DNA from: Methanobacteriota archaeon
Lineage (GTDB): Archaea > Methanobacteriota > Methanobacteria > Methanobacteriales > Methanobacteriaceae
Assembly: GCA_963787255.1 (NCBI GenBank)
Contig: CAWBCJ010000010.1
Coordinates: 32,001 to 96,000 of the forward strand
Direction: 5' to 3'
DNA length: 64,000 nucleotides
The position numbers and the translations under genes were made by a program. Position 1 is the stretch's first letter. Each line of letters begins with the position of its first letter. Below the pieces are notes generated by a model. The model did not search any database. It saw only the letters and a program-made list of their open reading frames with translations, and was not told where the DNA came from. Positions 10,119 through 22,223 of the stretch are shown here, piece by piece.

Positions 10119-10847
10119 CTATAAAATCAATGTTTTGTTGAAAAATTGTTCATTAAAAAGTGGTAAATCAGAGTCAACAAAAATTCTTTTTCGTTTAGAT
10201 TGCACCTTTTTCTTCTCTATTGGATTGTATCCTTCAACTGTTACTTCTTTTTTATAAATTCCCATACCTCGGCGCTGCCATGATGGAAGTTCAGCCAGAT
10301 TAATGCCTCTTTCAAATAAAATATCATGGAGACTTCCACTTTTTTTATTTTTTAAGATATACATTGCTTCTTTTTTATTATATTCCTTTCTAAGAGTCCA
10401 ATAGGCATATCCATTAATACAGTTTCGCCATGCTTCATTTTGACGTTCTTTAAAATATTTTACTACCAATGTTGAAGAAAGTGGGATTATTCTTGAATCA
10501 AAGGAAATTGGCCTTTCAATCAGCATTCCGCTATCTAAAGCATTTTTTGTAAAGCTTCCCGCTATAAAACTTGCAAAAACAGAGTTCAATTTCTCAATTC
10601 GTCCTCCGAAAGGGATATCTGAGAGTAAAATATTTATTTCATCAGAGAATGTGTAAACAAAATGCGAATTAAATTCTTTAAAGAAATCATTGGATGTTTC
10701 AACCATAATTTTTGTAAAATGCCTGTCGAATGGTTTTTCAAACTTAAGATCACGGGATAACCTGGAAAATTTCCTGCCATCAATTCTTACAATGATTTTA
10801 GATCCGCATGGAATCTTTAAATTGGAAAAAATTTCGCATTTCTTCAT
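10119..10847 (-). CDS. thg1: tRNA(His) guanylyltransferase Thg1-like protein
   Basis: VRIDGRKF, YTFSDEI, FDSR, RQNEAWRN, WQRRG motifs. Confidence 0.93.
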   Translation of the reverse strand: MKKCEIFSNLKIPCGSKIIVRIDGRKFSRLSRDLKFEKPFDRHFTKIMVETSNDFFKEFNSHFVYTFSDEINILLSDIPFGGRIEKLNSVFASFIAGSFTKNALDSGMLIERPISFDSRIIPLSSTLVVKYFKERQNEAWRNCINGYAYWTLRKEYNKKEAMYILKNKKSGSLHDILFERGINLAELPSWQRRGMGIYKKEVTVEGYNPIEKKKVQSKRKRIFVDSDLPLFNEQFFNKTLIL

Positions 10848-11038
10848 GATAATCAGATAATATGTATTATATCATTCATTTCATAAGTTAATGTATAATA
10901 TAGGGTAGTATGGTAGATTTTTATTTTAATTGATAGTTCCATAAAAATTCAATTTATATCACTGTTTACCCACCAAAATTTATAGTAACTGGTTAATATC
11001 CAAGTTAAATGAAAACTAATACAGTGTTTAGGAAAATC

Positions 11039-11812
11039 TTAAGTTCCTATTATTATGTTCTCATTTAAGCTTTTTAACAGCTTAATTGCTGAATATGCAG
11101 CTAAAACACTTGTTTTAGGGTTCATGGAGCACCTAACATTTTTGGTGACAGTAGTAAATTCTCCAGAATCCCCTATAACATGAACTTCGTGCATGTTTCT
11201 ATCTACAGATGGATCTGCTATTATTTTAACATCAACATCCCTGCCGCATGCAAGGCTCAGCGCTGCAGCCACGTTAATGTTTGTTGGGAACTCTTTAACC
11301 GCATCAGATGCCTTTCCCTCATAGAGAATTGTTTCACCTTCTGCTAATATTCCCAGTGATTTAGGTGGTTTTCTTGTAATTAGAGAGGCTTCTCTTATTT
11401 TGCCTATAGAAGCTGCTTTAATCCCATCTAAACCCACAATAGCTCCTGAAGGGGCATATATTTTAGCCCCATTTGAAACTGCAATTTTTTCAAGGTTTTC
11501 TTTAAGTTCAAAATCCATCAAGGCGCCAATGCTCATTATCAAAACATTTTTGCTCCTTTTTAAAATTTGAGGAACGATTTCAGCAACAGCTTGAGGAGAT
11601 GCAGCTTCAATAACCAGATCTACTTTATCTAGCATGTCTTCAATTTCAAGGACGACAGTTCCATCAACTTGAAGCGCTAAATTTTCAGCCCGTTCAATGT
11701 CTCTATCATAGAAATATTTTAAATCTACACCTAATTTGCCTTCAACTGCAAAATTGGTCATTATGTTAGCTATAGCGCCGCATCCTATAATCCCAACTTT
11801 CATAAATTTCAC
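11039..11812 (-). CDS. nadX: L-aspartate dehydrogenase
   Basis: [35 protein letters not shown] motifs. Confidence 0.93.
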   Translation of the reverse strand: MKFMKVGIIGCGAIANIMTNFAVEGKLGVDLKYFYDRDIERAENLALQVDGTVVLEIEDMLDKVDLVIEAASPQAVAEIVPQILKRSKNVLIMSIGALMDFELKENLEKIAVSNGAKIYAPSGAIVGLDGIKAASIGKIREASLITRKPPKSLGILAEGETILYEGKASDAVKEFPTNINVAAALSLACGRDVDVKIIADPSVDRNMHEVHVIGDSGEFTTVTKNVRCSMNPKTSVLAAYSAIKLLKSLNENIIIGT

Positions 11813-12138
11813 TATGTTTGTACGGCTGGTGCAGGTGTAGTTGATACTTCTGGACTTATTAAAATGATATCTCCTACAGCTTGAACTCTGTCATAAGGTA
11901 TGTCTATAGTACCTTCTTCTTTTAGAGGCCTTATTTCGTCAGCTTCTGGAACAAAGCGCATGCTGGTTTTTATAACGTCTCTTATTCCAACGCTTCTTTT
12001 ATCTGGGGCCATTGCCCTTGCTTTAAGAACAGATACTCTTCCTTTTTTTATGTTTAATATAACGTCCTGGACTCTTCCAATATATTTTCCCCGTGTTGTA
12101 TACACATCTAAGTTATATAGGCTGGATAAATCGACCAT
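11812..12138 (-). CDS. PRC-barrel protein (CdpB-like)
   Basis: [30 protein letters not shown]. Confidence 0.85.
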   Translation of the reverse strand: MVDLSSLYNLDVYTTRGKYIGRVQDVILNIKKGRVSVLKARAMAPDKRSVGIRDVIKTSMRFVPEADEIRPLKEEGTIDIPYDRVQAVGDIILISPEVSTTPAPAVQT

Positions 12139-12385
12139 TTTTTACCACCACATGTTTTAACATTTTTTATATAAATTTAAATTACTAAATAAGATTTAAA
12201 CTATTAATCTACTTAAATATTTCGAAAATTAGCTACTTATTTTGATAGATTTCACCTTAAACATATAATTTATAACAAATTCAAACTAATATTATCTTTA
12301 AAATATATTTTAAAAATTATGAGTGAATTATAGAATTTTACATTTATTATTTAGAAAAGTTCAATGAAATATAATAGGTGATTCA

Positions 12386-13108
12386 ATGTGGGATACAAGT
12401 AAAGATTACAGACTGTTAGTTGCAGAAAAGTCAGTAGACTTCTTTTTAAGGACATTAGACGGTGCTAATTTAAAGGGAAGATGGAATAAAAAGAATGTTG
12501 TACAGAATGCCAGAAATATGGTCCCTGAAATTCAATCATTGTATTATTCTTATGTTGAACCCGCAGATATGGCACAAATGCCTCAAATAACTTCTATTAA
12601 GAAAAAAGCAGCCGATATAATGGAAAATTTAGGCGGAAATGATTGGTATAAACATTTTTTAGATTTAGTAGGTAAAGATGAAAAAGCAAAATTAGAAGAA
12701 GCTATTGCTAAAATGAGATTCTTCTTAAACATTATTTTAAATATTGATAAAAGATTAGCTCTTGGACCGATAGATGACCCTATTGTGGCCATTGACATCA
12801 AGGTTGGTGAAATTGTAAGTGTTGCTGGTCATCCAAGCGCAGACAGTTTGCTTGTTTGCAACGTAAATATTAAAGAAAGGGCAATAACTGTTGTAACCAA
12901 TGATATTTCTGTTAAAGAGTCAAACAGGGTTGCAGTAGCCATGCTTCCACCTACAAGCTTCATGGGAATTACAAGCGAAGGAATGTTTTTGGGAGCAGGT
13001 GAAGGAGTTTTAAAAGATGTTCAAGGAGAAACTGGGGGTATGCCTAAAGGAATCCCTTTAGAAGCTCTAAATGAAGCTCGAAATTTTGTTGAAACATTTT
13101 TAAAATGA
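12386..13108 (+). CDS. Archaeal tRNA-binding protein (C-terminal EMAP/Trbp OB fold)
   Basis: [34 protein letters not shown]. Confidence 0.85.
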   Translation: MWDTSKDYRLLVAEKSVDFFLRTLDGANLKGRWNKKNVVQNARNMVPEIQSLYYSYVEPADMAQMPQITSIKKKAADIMENLGGNDWYKHFLDLVGKDEKAKLEEAIAKMRFFLNIILNIDKRLALGPIDDPIVAIDIKVGEIVSVAGHPSADSLLVCNVNIKERAITVVTNDISVKESNRVAVAMLPPTSFMGITSEGMFLGAGEGVLKDVQGETGGMPKGIPLEALNEARNFVETFLK

Positions 13109-13119
13109 AATAATAATTT

Positions 13120-13683
13120 TTATTTTTTCAAATTTTTACCAATATTCCATGCTTTTCCTACATTTTCACCAATGTTCCAGTAATTATTATCGGGCATAGT
13201 TAAAATTGCAGGGTTAATTTTCTTAATATCCGGCTTTCCATCAGTTAAATATTTTTCTTTAGTATAAGTGCTTATTATTTCGCCAATAAAAAGATCATTT
13301 GTAGGCATTTCGTAAATATCGTGCAGCTTACATTCCAGTGAAAGTGGACATTCTGCAATCATTGGAGCTGTTTCTAATTCACCGTAATAAGTCTTAAATA
13401 GTTCAGATTTGTCTTTTCGTCTATCAGAAACCAAACTGCAGTAATCGGTTTTTTCTATCATGTTTATACTTGGGAAATTCACGCTGAATGTTTTGTTTTC
13501 CCGGATAGCTTTGTTAGTGGGGTGATTTTTGTTTACAGCAGCAGTTAACATTGGTGGATTTGCATTTGCTCTCATTACTCATCCAAGAGCCATAAAATTA
13601 GCTTTATTTTCTACATTTGTTCCTAAAAGTGCAACTGGCATTGGATAAATTAATCCGTTATTTCATATGTTGATTTTTTCTAT
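13120..13683 (-). pseudogene. Flavin reductase/flavoredoxin family, inactivated
   Basis: One frame reads ATA-EKINI*NNGLIYPMPVALLGT..NFMALG*VMRANANPP..ECPLSLEC; TGA at 13663-65 and 13579-81. Confidence 0.8.
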
Positions 13684-13746
13684 ATTTTTCCCCTAATATT
13701 TTAATGAGATTTATTCCCTTTTACTAAATGCAACCAAAAAATGTCT

Positions 13747-15159
13747 TTAAATTGGATTTATCACGACTAGCTTTGTTTTTGTCATATCTTCTAAAGCATA
13801 TTTCACGCCTTCTTTTCCCATTCCGCTCATTTTACAGCCACCAAAGGGCATATTATCTGCACGGTAGGTTGATTGCTTATTTATTATCACCGAGCCGGCT
13901 TCTATCGATTTCGCTGCCTTTAAGGCTTTATTTATATCATTGGTAAATATTCCTGCCTGTAAACCGTAATTTGTATTGTTTGCCGCATCAATTGCTTCTT
14001 CAATTCCATCCACATTAATTAAAGGAGCTATAGGTCCAAAAGTTTCCTTCTGAACAATTTCCATGTTAGGATCAATGTTATTCAAAACAGTTGGGGTGTA
14101 AAATGTCCCTTTGCGTTTTCCACCGCATAATAATTTTGCCCCATCATTTATTGCAGAATTAACCTTTTTTTCGATAGTAACTGCTGCTCTTTCATCTATC
14201 AATGGACCTATGTCGGTTTCATCATTAAGAGGATCCCCCACTTTCAATTTAAGGGTTGCTTTAACAAATTTATCTGTAAATTCATCTGCAATTTTTTTAT
14301 CAAGAATTATACGCTTAACACCTATACATACTTGACCTGCATAAATATAAGAGCCTCTAACTGCTGCATCAACTCCTTTTTCAATGTCAGCATCATCAAG
14401 AATAATCAAAGGATCATTTCCACCAAGTTCAAGGGTTAATTTTTTCATTCCTGCATTTTTTGATATATTTAGACCTGTTTCAACACTACCGGTGAATGAA
14501 ATCTTATCAACGCCTTCATTTCTTACTATTTCATCTCCTACTTCTTTTCCAAATCCAGTTACAGTGTTAATAACTCCAGGATCAAGATACATGTTCATTA
14601 ATTCAGCAAGCTTAAGTGCCGCAAGTGGGGCCTGGATCGATGGTTTTAAAACTACCGCATTTTTCGCGGCAATTGCCGGCATTATCTTATGTATAACCAG
14701 ATTTAACGGATAATTAAAGGGAGTAATTGCCCCAATAACCCCAAGAGGTATTCTGGAAGTGAATCCTACCAGATTTTCCCCACCGATGCAGGCATCTAAA
14801 GGTATTGTTTCACCGTAAATTCTTTTTGATTCCTCTGCAGAAAGTAACGTGGTCTGTATGGAACGCTTTACTTCTTCTTTTGATTCTTTAATGGGTTTAC
14901 CACAGTCAATAGTAATCAATTTAGCAAAAATCTTTGAATTTTTCTTTATTTCTCCACATATTTCATATAAATTCTCGGATGTTTCTCGAGATGAAACATT
15001 TTTCAGGATTTTTGCAGCATTAATTGCGGCTTCAATAGCATTTTTTGCATCTTCACGATTTCCATGGGGTACTGTGTCTATAATTTTATTATTAAATGGA
15101 TTAATAATGTCTATTTGAGCAGGTTTTTCTATTAATTTCCCATTTATTAACATATCCAC
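13747..15159 (-). CDS. cofA: NAD-dependent aldehyde dehydrogenase, lactaldehyde dehydrogenase type
   Basis: ITPFNYP, FTGS, LELGGND, AGQVC, ETFGP, PFGG motifs; methanogen context. Confidence 0.8.
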   Translation of the reverse strand: MDMLINGKLIEKPAQIDIINPFNNKIIDTVPHGNREDAKNAIEAAINAAKILKNVSSRETSENLYEICGEIKKNSKIFAKLITIDCGKPIKESKEEVKRSIQTTLLSAEESKRIYGETIPLDACIGGENLVGFTSRIPLGVIGAITPFNYPLNLVIHKIMPAIAAKNAVVLKPSIQAPLAALKLAELMNMYLDPGVINTVTGFGKEVGDEIVRNEGVDKISFTGSVETGLNISKNAGMKKLTLELGGNDPLIILDDADIEKGVDAAVRGSYIYAGQVCIGVKRIILDKKIADEFTDKFVKATLKLKVGDPLNDETDIGPLIDERAAVTIEKKVNSAINDGAKLLCGGKRKGTFYTPTVLNNIDPNMEIVQKETFGPIAPLINVDGIEEAIDAANNTNYGLQAGIFTNDINKALKAAKSIEAGSVIINKQSTYRADNMPFGGCKMSGMGKEGVKYALEDMTKTKLVVINPI

Positions 15160-15218
15160 ATTTTATACCTCCATTTAAGTGGAAAGAAAATTAAAGTAAA
15201 AAAGTTTTAAAATTAAAA

Positions 15219-15413
15219 TCAGTTAAATTTGTTCTTCAGCTCTTCAAGGCTATTTGTAACGTTCTGCACATCAGTATTGTTAATTTCTTCTCCAAGTCCG
15301 ACGAGGTAATTTTTATAAAAAATTGCTGCAACAATAGCAATTACGATAATACCTCCCAAAATCAATACAAGCTCAGCGGAGCCCTGTCCTTTATCCTCTT
15401 TTAATATTTGCAT
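15219..15413 (-). CDS. Small type IV pilin-like protein with class III signal peptide (DUF361-type)
   Basis: DKG/QGSAELVLILGGIIVIAIVAA: cleavage site, QxSxE motif and hydrophobic helix; directly downstream of a TadC-like gene. Confidence 0.85.
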   Translation of the reverse strand: MQILKEDKGQGSAELVLILGGIIVIAIVAAIFYKNYLVGLGEEINNTDVQNVTNSLEELKNKFN

Positions 15414-15425
15414 TTTTAACACCAA

Positions 15426-16361
15426 CTAGAATGATCCCATCATGAATATTGCGAATGTTTTTATCACATAAAATATTAGATAAGCTACTGGAGCAAGTAC
15501 AAGAGCAAATTTAACACCTTTTCTTGCACTACCATGTAATACTATTCCGATTAATAATCCTGCTATTATTGAATGAATAATTATATATCCACCTGCAGCT
15601 GTAACTGATGCTGCAAGAAGAGGATTTGGTTTACCTAAAGATTCAATGAATATAGAATATGTCATTATCATTCCCAATGCAAATGGGGCAGCTATAATTG
15701 CTGCAATGATTAAGAACATCACTGACATCATTACATTAGCTTTTCGTTCTCGTTTTAAAGCGAGAACCGCTCTTAAATCTTCAGCTACTGTTTCAATTAC
15801 GTCAGATAAGCTACCACCAGTTCTTCTACCTTCAAGTATCATTCTAAATGTCCGATCTAAGTTTTTAGACTTTAAACGCTCGCTCATTGCCATAATAGCA
15901 TCGTCAAATGTACTTCCAATTTTAATTTCAATTACTGCCCTTTTCAACTCGTCATTTAAAGGACCTCTTCCGTGCTTGGAAACGTCTTCAAGGGCAGTTT
16001 CAAGACCCACACCAGCTCGAATTAAGGATGCGATTTGCCTTAAAAAATCAGGAGTGGTTTTTTCAATAGCATCAACTCTTCTTTCCATCATAAAGAAGAT
16101 ATAAACTCCAATAAATCCATTAGGTACTATAAAACCAACTATTATCCCTAAAATTGGATTAATACCAATAATTACTGATAAAACAAATGCAAGCAGGCCT
16201 AATACAATGCCAGTTAAAAGTCCCAATGTTATTAAATCAGAAGCTTTTACATACATCCCGCTTCTTATCAGGGTTTCCTGTATTTTAATAATATATTTTT
16301 CAGGAACCACTTTATCTATGGTGTTGGATACTGGTGATAGAACACTGGGTATTATTGCCAT
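15426..16361 (-). CDS. Type II secretion F / TadC-like pilus platform protein
   Basis: [41 protein letters not shown], multiple TM helices. Confidence 0.88.
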   Translation of the reverse strand: MAIIPSVLSPVSNTIDKVVPEKYIIKIQETLIRSGMYVKASDLITLGLLTGIVLGLLAFVLSVIIGINPILGIIVGFIVPNGFIGVYIFFMMERRVDAIEKTTPDFLRQIASLIRAGVGLETALEDVSKHGRGPLNDELKRAVIEIKIGSTFDDAIMAMSERLKSKNLDRTFRMILEGRRTGGSLSDVIETVAEDLRAVLALKRERKANVMMSVMFLIIAAIIAAPFALGMIMTYSIFIESLGKPNPLLAASVTAAGGYIIIHSIIAGLLIGIVLHGSARKGVKFALVLAPVAYLIFYVIKTFAIFMMGSF

Positions 16362-16513
16362 TTTTTCACCTTAATTATATTCTATTTATCTATATAATTA
16401 TCTATTATAAAACATATGCTAATTTTTATTATAGGGGAGTTAATAATACAGAATTTAAAGTGAAAACTGAACTTTTAAAATATTTAATGAATTTTATTCA
16501 GCTTCTAAATTTT

Positions 16514-17507
16514 TCACATGCTTATCTTCGTTTCAATCTTATTTAAAACATTTCCTTTATTTGTTATATGAACCATATCCTCTATTCTTACGCCAAATTC
16601 ATTTTCAAGGTAAATGCCCGGCTCTATAGTTATAATCATACCTTTATTAAGCTTTGTTGATTCACGTTTAGATAAGGATGGCCCTTCGTGAACTTCAAGA
16701 CCTACACCATGGCCGGTTGAATGAATGAATGATTCTCCATATCCATATTCTTCAATAACATCCCTTGCAACTTTATCAATATAAGATGCTTTCACACCGG
16801 GTTTTACAGCATCAACCGCACTTTTTTGAGCTTCAAGAACAATGTCAAATATTTCTTCATGTTTTTCAGTTTCAATAATTGTTCTCGTGGTGTCAGAGCA
16901 ATAATTGTTGTATTTTGCACCCCAATCAATTACTACTGGCATTTCTAGAGATTTGGAGGTTGGATTGGCGTGAGGAAGTGAAGAATCGGGTACCTGAAGC
17001 TACAATAGTATCGAAAGCAGCTTTATTTGATCCATGTAACCTCATATTGTATTCTATTTCTGCCGCAATTTCATTTTCATTTTTTTTATCAAAATCAATA
17101 CCTTTCAGGGACTTTTCAGCAATTCTAAGCGCTTTTATAATATTTTCCAATTCAAAGCTGTTTTTTACCTGCCGCATTTCTTCAATAATTCGTGTAATTT
17201 TAAAGTCAAAGGAAGAATCTTTTTTTAATCTTTCAAAGGTTCCCATATTCATTGAACTTTCAATTCCCACTCTACCTTTCATTAATTTCTTTATTTCATC
17301 TAAAGATTTGAATTCTTCAACATTAATTTTTGAATTTAAATTTGCATCTTCCATATCCATTTTTGAAGTGAAAAGTACTGGTTCATCTTTTATTACTAAA
17401 ACTGAAGAGCTAGATGGCTTAAAACCGGCCAAATAAGTAATATTATATGGATTTAATATTAAAAGAGTGTCTAAATCTTCTTCATGTATTTTATCAAGTA
17501 TTTTCAT
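16514..17507 (-). CDS. pepQ: Xaa-Pro aminopeptidase/prolidase (M24B); +1 insertion near 16985
   Basis: ORFs 16926..17528 and 16514..16942 join as SGTRSSLPHA; [36 protein letters not shown]. Confidence 0.88.
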
Positions 17508-17524
17508 AAATATTTCCTCAGAAA

Positions 17525-17977
17525 TCATAAATTTTCTTTAATCTTTTCTATAATCTTTTTCATGACATTTTCAGGTATTTTACGTTCTACAGGCTGTGGA
17601 ATGTATCCAAAATCAGGATCTTCAAATTCTAAACCTTCAAATTTTGTTATATAGTTATAACGTGGTATGAAATGCCAGTGAACTTCGGGATTAGGAGGAT
17701 TAACGCGATATGCTGAGTTCATAAAACAGCTCCAATTAAATAAGGTGGGATTGAATGTTTTTTTTAGGTTTGTTTCTAATTTATCTACAATTTCTGTAAA
17801 ATCAATCCATTCTGATGGTTTTAATTCATTTAAATCACTGCAATGCCTCTTAAGCACTACAACACACGTTCCAAGGTATCTCTGACTTGGAGCAAGATAT
17901 ATCTGCCAGTATTCAGTTTCTTGAATTAAATTTCCATATGCGCCGGGTATTTGACAGTATTCACATTTAAATTCCAT
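17525..17977 (-). CDS. HIT family hydrolase
   Basis: CEYC near the N-terminus, [13 protein letters not shown] (variant HIT motif). Confidence 0.8.
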   Translation of the reverse strand: MEFKCEYCQIPGAYGNLIQETEYWQIYLAPSQRYLGTCVVVLKRHCSDLNELKPSEWIDFTEIVDKLETNLKKTFNPTLFNWSCFMNSAYRVNPPNPEVHWHFIPRYNYITKFEGLEFEDPDFGYIPQPVERKIPENVMKKIIEKIKENL

Positions 17978-18326
17978 TTTTTTTAACCCATATAATTTTA
18001 TAAACAATATTATTGCATGTAATATGGTTAAAATTTATTGAACTTCTTGAATTATTAGGTTTCTAATTATAAACATTGATTAAAATGGATAAATTTTTTT
18101 TGATACAAATTGAGGAGCAAGTAGATTATTATGCTAATGGAATATATTTAAAATAAATTTATGAAAAATTAAATTACTTCACTTTTTTAATAAAATAACA
18201 TATTTTTAATGATATTATTTGTTTTAAAGGAATATTTTAATTTATTTATGATTTTAAGCTTTATATAATAATTTTATGGCTTATAATTAGAAAGTATTTT
18301 ATACATTAAATCACATTTGGTATATT

Positions 18327-18923
18327 ATGGTAAAATTTACAGCAAAAGAAATCAGAGATATAATAATCTCAATGGCGGTTATATCGTTTGTTTTTGCTTA
18401 TATATTTGCAGGCCGTAATTTAAACAGCACAATTCTTTTTATACCCATTACATTTGTGGTGGTTGGATTAGGTTTCGTATTACACGAACTTGCCCATAAA
18501 TACGTAGCTATAAGATATGGATACTGGGCAGAATATAAAATGTGGATAGGTGGCTTACTTTTTGCTTTAGTAACTGCATTTGCAGTTGGATTTGTATTTG
18601 TAGCACCAGGTGCAGTTTATATCCACGGTAATTATATTAAAAATAGTGAAAATGGTAAAATATCCCTTGCAGGGCCTGCGACAAATATTATATTAGCATT
18701 GCTCTTCTTATCAATACCAATGTTCTTCCCAAACAGTTTATTAGTAGGTATAGGTATTCTTGGAGCAACTGTAAACAGTTTTTTAGCGTTTTTCAATTTA
18801 ATACCATTCAGCATGCTGGACGGAGCTAAAATTTTCAGATGGAATCCTGTAATATGGATTGCTATAATGGGAATTGCAGTATTGTTATTAGCTTATACCA
18901 TGTTTGGAATTAAAATAATTTAA
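18327..18923 (+). CDS. Site-2 protease (M50) family membrane metalloprotease
   Basis: [21 protein letters not shown]. Confidence 0.92.
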   Translation: MVKFTAKEIRDIIISMAVISFVFAYIFAGRNLNSTILFIPITFVVVGLGFVLHELAHKYVAIRYGYWAEYKMWIGGLLFALVTAFAVGFVFVAPGAVYIHGNYIKNSENGKISLAGPATNIILALLFLSIPMFFPNSLLVGIGILGATVNSFLAFFNLIPFSMLDGAKIFRWNPVIWIAIMGIAVLLLAYTMFGIKII

Positions 18924-18973
18924 TTTACACGCAAAAATAAAAAAAATAAGAATGACTAATTTCAGGTGATTCA

Positions 18974-20185
18974 ATGTTATCAGAAGTCCCGGTAAGATAC
19001 TTTGGCTGCACTCACAGGGCAATTTCTCCAGAAGAAACTATAAAGAAAGTTAAGGACAAATTGAAAGCTGCAGGAGTCACAAGAATCGCTGAAATAACCC
19101 ATCTTGATAGGGTGGGAATACCAGTTTACTCTGCAATAAGGCCATCTGCTGCAGAAGGTGCAGTGAGCATTTATGCTGGAAAAGGTGCCACTAAAGACCA
19201 GGCAAAAGCATCTGCCATGATGGAAGCATTTGAAAGATATTCAGCAGAACCGCAAGAATCTGAAATAGAAAATAATTTGGTATGTGGTCTTTATGATGAA
19301 ATAGAAGGATGTATTAATCCTGAATCTCTTATTCTACCTAATTTATCATTTGATCCAAGGAAAAAGGAATTGAATTGGATAAAAACTGTAAACATCCGGG
19401 ACGATAATGAATATTTAACACCTGCAGACGCGGTTTTTCACCCATATAATTTCAAAAACAGTGTTAATTTATTCAAATCAAATACTAATGGGCTTGCATC
19501 GGGAAATAAAGTGGAAGAAGCTATATTCCATGGCATGACTGAAGTTATTGAAAGAGATGCATGGAGCTTATTTGAGATAAAGCGAAATAAAGCACCAGAG
19601 ATAAACCTAAAAAATATTGAAAATCCTTTAATAATTGAAATTGTGAATAAATTCGAAGGAGCAGGAATTAATATTAAGGTTGTGGATTTAACATCTGATG
19701 TTGAAGTAGCTACAATTGCAGCTGTTTCAGACGACACTGTTTTAAAAGACCCAGCATTGCTGACTTTAGGTGTTGGAACTCATTTGGATCCTGAAATAGC
19801 GGTATTAAGGGCTTTAACTGAAGTTGCTCAAAGCAGGGCGACCCAGATTCATGGAACAAGGGAAGACACAACTCGTGCAGTTTTTATGAGAAAAGCTGGT
19901 TACGAAAGGATGAAACGGATAAACAAACATTGGTTTGGTGAATCTGAAGATATTATAGAATTAGATGAAATTAAAAATAGGTCGGGAAAATCTTTTAAAG
20001 AAGATATAGAAACTTCAATGAAGTTATTAAAAAAAGCAGGTTTTGAAGACGTTCTATTTGTGGATCTCACAAAGCCAGAAATAGAAATACCTGTAGTAAG
20101 GGTTATTATTCCAGGAATGGAAGTTTATTCAGTAGATAGGGACAGGGTTGGGAAAAGACTTGTCAAACACTCAAAATCGCATTAA
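18974..20185 (+). CDS. ycaO: YcaO family McrA glycine thioamidation protein
   Basis: GTHR-like start, [55 protein letters not shown]. Confidence 0.92.
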   Translation: MLSEVPVRYFGCTHRAISPEETIKKVKDKLKAAGVTRIAEITHLDRVGIPVYSAIRPSAAEGAVSIYAGKGATKDQAKASAMMEAFERYSAEPQESEIENNLVCGLYDEIEGCINPESLILPNLSFDPRKKELNWIKTVNIRDDNEYLTPADAVFHPYNFKNSVNLFKSNTNGLASGNKVEEAIFHGMTEVIERDAWSLFEIKRNKAPEINLKNIENPLIIEIVNKFEGAGINIKVVDLTSDVEVATIAAVSDDTVLKDPALLTLGVGTHLDPEIAVLRALTEVAQSRATQIHGTREDTTRAVFMRKAGYERMKRINKHWFGESEDIIELDEIKNRSGKSFKEDIETSMKLLKKAGFEDVLFVDLTKPEIEIPVVRVIIPGMEVYSVDRDRVGKRLVKHSKSH

Positions 20186-21107
20186 GAAAATACTGCGCTG
20201 GACATTAGCAGTTTTAACTGTGATTATTATTATTTCAGGGCTTGGAATTAATTATTACACTACAATTGAGTATCTTACCTTTGGATTATTATCTAAAAAT
20301 TTGGCATTTCAGCTTCACTTCTGGATTTTTATTCCTTTTTTAATACTATTTTTGATTCATATCTTCATTAAACCTATTTTGAGGTTTTTAGAAAATGAAA
20401 AAATTAAAAACAAGTTAATAGTACTTCAATTGCGATTAAAAGAAAATATTACTGTTATTTTTATTATTATTGTTCTTCTTGGAATTTCTGTTTACCTTCT
20501 TGCGGGTCAATTTGGCCCATCAGAACCTATTAAGCTAGATAATGTAGAAGTAAAGGAATATAAAGGACAGAAATTATCTTCTGTAAATGATTTTAGGGAA
20601 AATTCAATAAAAGGACCCCAATACATTAATATAACTAATTACCGGCTTGAAGTCACAGGATTGGTGACTAATCCTAAAAATTATACCTATGACGAGGTTA
20701 TTCGAAACCATCAAAACTATGAAAAGGTTGTTAAACTGGACTGTGTTGAAGGATGGGACGTAACTATTCTCTGGGAAGGAGTGCTTGTAAAAGATCTTAT
20801 AAGAGAAACAATTCCATCTTCAAATGCAAATACTGTTATATTATATGCTTATGATGGATATTCAACTTCTTTTCCATTGGATTACATTGAAAATAACAAT
20901 ATTTTAATGGCTTATAAAATGAACAACGCCACAATTCCGCCAGAGCGAGGTTTTCCATTTCAACTGGTAGCTGAGAGTAAATGGGGTTATAAATGGGTTA
21001 AGTGGATAACAAAGGTTGAATTATCTGATGATCCTAATTATCAGGGTTACTGGGAAAGTAGAGGATATTCTAATTCAGGGAATCTGAATGAAAGCTTTTT
21101 GAAATGA
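20148..21107 (+). CDS. Membrane-anchored sulfite-oxidase-family (MsrP/YedY-like) molybdopterin oxidoreductase with N-terminal His-X13-His TM module
   Basis: LEVTGLV, LDCVEGW (Mo-ligand Cys), [37 protein letters not shown]; three N-terminal TM helices. Confidence 0.85.
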   Translation: MGKDLSNTQNRIKKILRWTLAVLTVIIIISGLGINYYTTIEYLTFGLLSKNLAFQLHFWIFIPFLILFLIHIFIKPILRFLENEKIKNKLIVLQLRLKENITVIFIIIVLLGISVYLLAGQFGPSEPIKLDNVEVKEYKGQKLSSVNDFRENSIKGPQYINITNYRLEVTGLVTNPKNYTYDEVIRNHQNYEKVVKLDCVEGWDVTILWEGVLVKDLIRETIPSSNANTVILYAYDGYSTSFPLDYIENNNILMAYKMNNATIPPERGFPFQLVAESKWGYKWVKWITKVELSDDPNYQGYWESRGYSNSGNLNESFLK

Positions 21108-21111
21108 TTTT

Positions 21112-21543
21112 CTAAAAGTTAACATTAATTATTTCTTTGAATCGCTTAAAATGAACGTGAATATGCAAGATAGTTGTGATTGCCAGTATTATGCCTGCTT
21201 CAACGTGCCAAAAGAGTAAATTAAAATCAAATGGAAGAATAAGATTAAAATCAGCCAATAGTGACAATATCACTCCAGCAATGCCCACAAATAAAAAGCT
21301 ACCAACTAACACTAAACTCCATATTTGTTTAAAAGTGCGCCTTTTTATGTTTTTATTATCATATAGAAGGTAAGTTATGAGATAAAACATGAATAAAGCT
21401 AATATAATTGGTAAAATATTATAATCAGGATTATAGCCTTCAGCTACACTGGATGATGGTTCTTCATTTCCCTGATCCTGAGCATAAACGGTGATTGGAG
21501 TTAAAAAGGTAATAATAAGTACAATTATTAATATTTTCCTCAT
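21112..21543 (-). CDS. DUF4405-like membrane protein with His-X13-His helix
   Basis: Signal-like N-terminus plus 3 TM; FWHVEAGIILAITTILHIHVH. Confidence 0.6.
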   Translation of the reverse strand: MRKILIIVLIITFLTPITVYAQDQGNEEPSSSVAEGYNPDYNILPIILALFMFYLITYLLYDNKNIKRRTFKQIWSLVLVGSFLFVGIAGVILSLLADFNLILPFDFNLLFWHVEAGIILAITTILHIHVHFKRFKEIINVNF

Positions 21544-21547
21544 TTTA

Positions 21548-21868
21548 TCACGCTAAAGGTCTTAAAGTTATTTTTTTAAAGGGTTTCCTGTAGATGTATA
21601 TATGAATCAGTGCAATTGGAACTAAAGCTATACCAAACTCAACATGCCAGAAAAGCACGGTAGAAGATAGAGGGGTGCTTATACTGTATTCTATTAGAAC
21701 TGTGAGAAGAAGTGATAAAGTTACTGTGATTATACAACTTATTAAAATTATTATGTTCCATATTTTCATATGAACTGCTTTATTGGTCACATTTTCTTTA
21801 TAAAGCACGTATGTTATTAAATATAAGAATATAACAGTCAATGAAATTGGAATGAATTCATATGGCAT
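21548..21868 (-). CDS. DUF4405-like membrane protein, paralog of 21112..21543
   Basis: PI..FLYLITY.LY..IW..FWHVEFGIALVPIALIHI. Confidence 0.6.
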   Translation of the reverse strand: MPYEFIPISLTVIFLYLITYVLYKENVTNKAVHMKIWNIIILISCIITVTLSLLLTVLIEYSISTPLSSTVLFWHVEFGIALVPIALIHIYIYRKPFKKITLRPLA

Positions 21869-22223
21869 TATAATACATATAATATGAGCATATATATTAA
21901 TCTTTAATTGGAAGGAATTTCATTATTTTTTGTTACTTGTTTCTATTTTCTGATAGACTGATCTTTATTATTGGATTTTTTTAATTATTATTTTTCTTTT
22001 GCTTGAAGGTTATCGAAATTTTTTTTGAGGAAGATGAGAATTAATATCAAAATATTAACAAAAAAGAATCATTAAATTCTTTTTAAATAGTCATCTAATG
22101 TCTAAATTGGAATTTAATAAACTTATAAAATTAATTCTTACGTTAATATCAAATTGAATAATTTAATTAACTATATATGCATCTGGCTTATAATAATACC
22201 GTTAAATCTAAATGGGGGATAAA

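Noticed and set aside
13579-13665. In-frame TGA codons as selenocysteine or Trp recoding
   Set aside because: The positions correspond to Gly and Trp rather than Cys, the start is also mutated, and TGA is a normal stop elsewhere (serA, cdhA).
18974-20185. RiPP biosynthetic cluster around ycaO
   Set aside because: The sequence fits the methanogen McrA-thioamidation YcaO type, with no precursor peptide, E1/RRE partner or exporter nearby.
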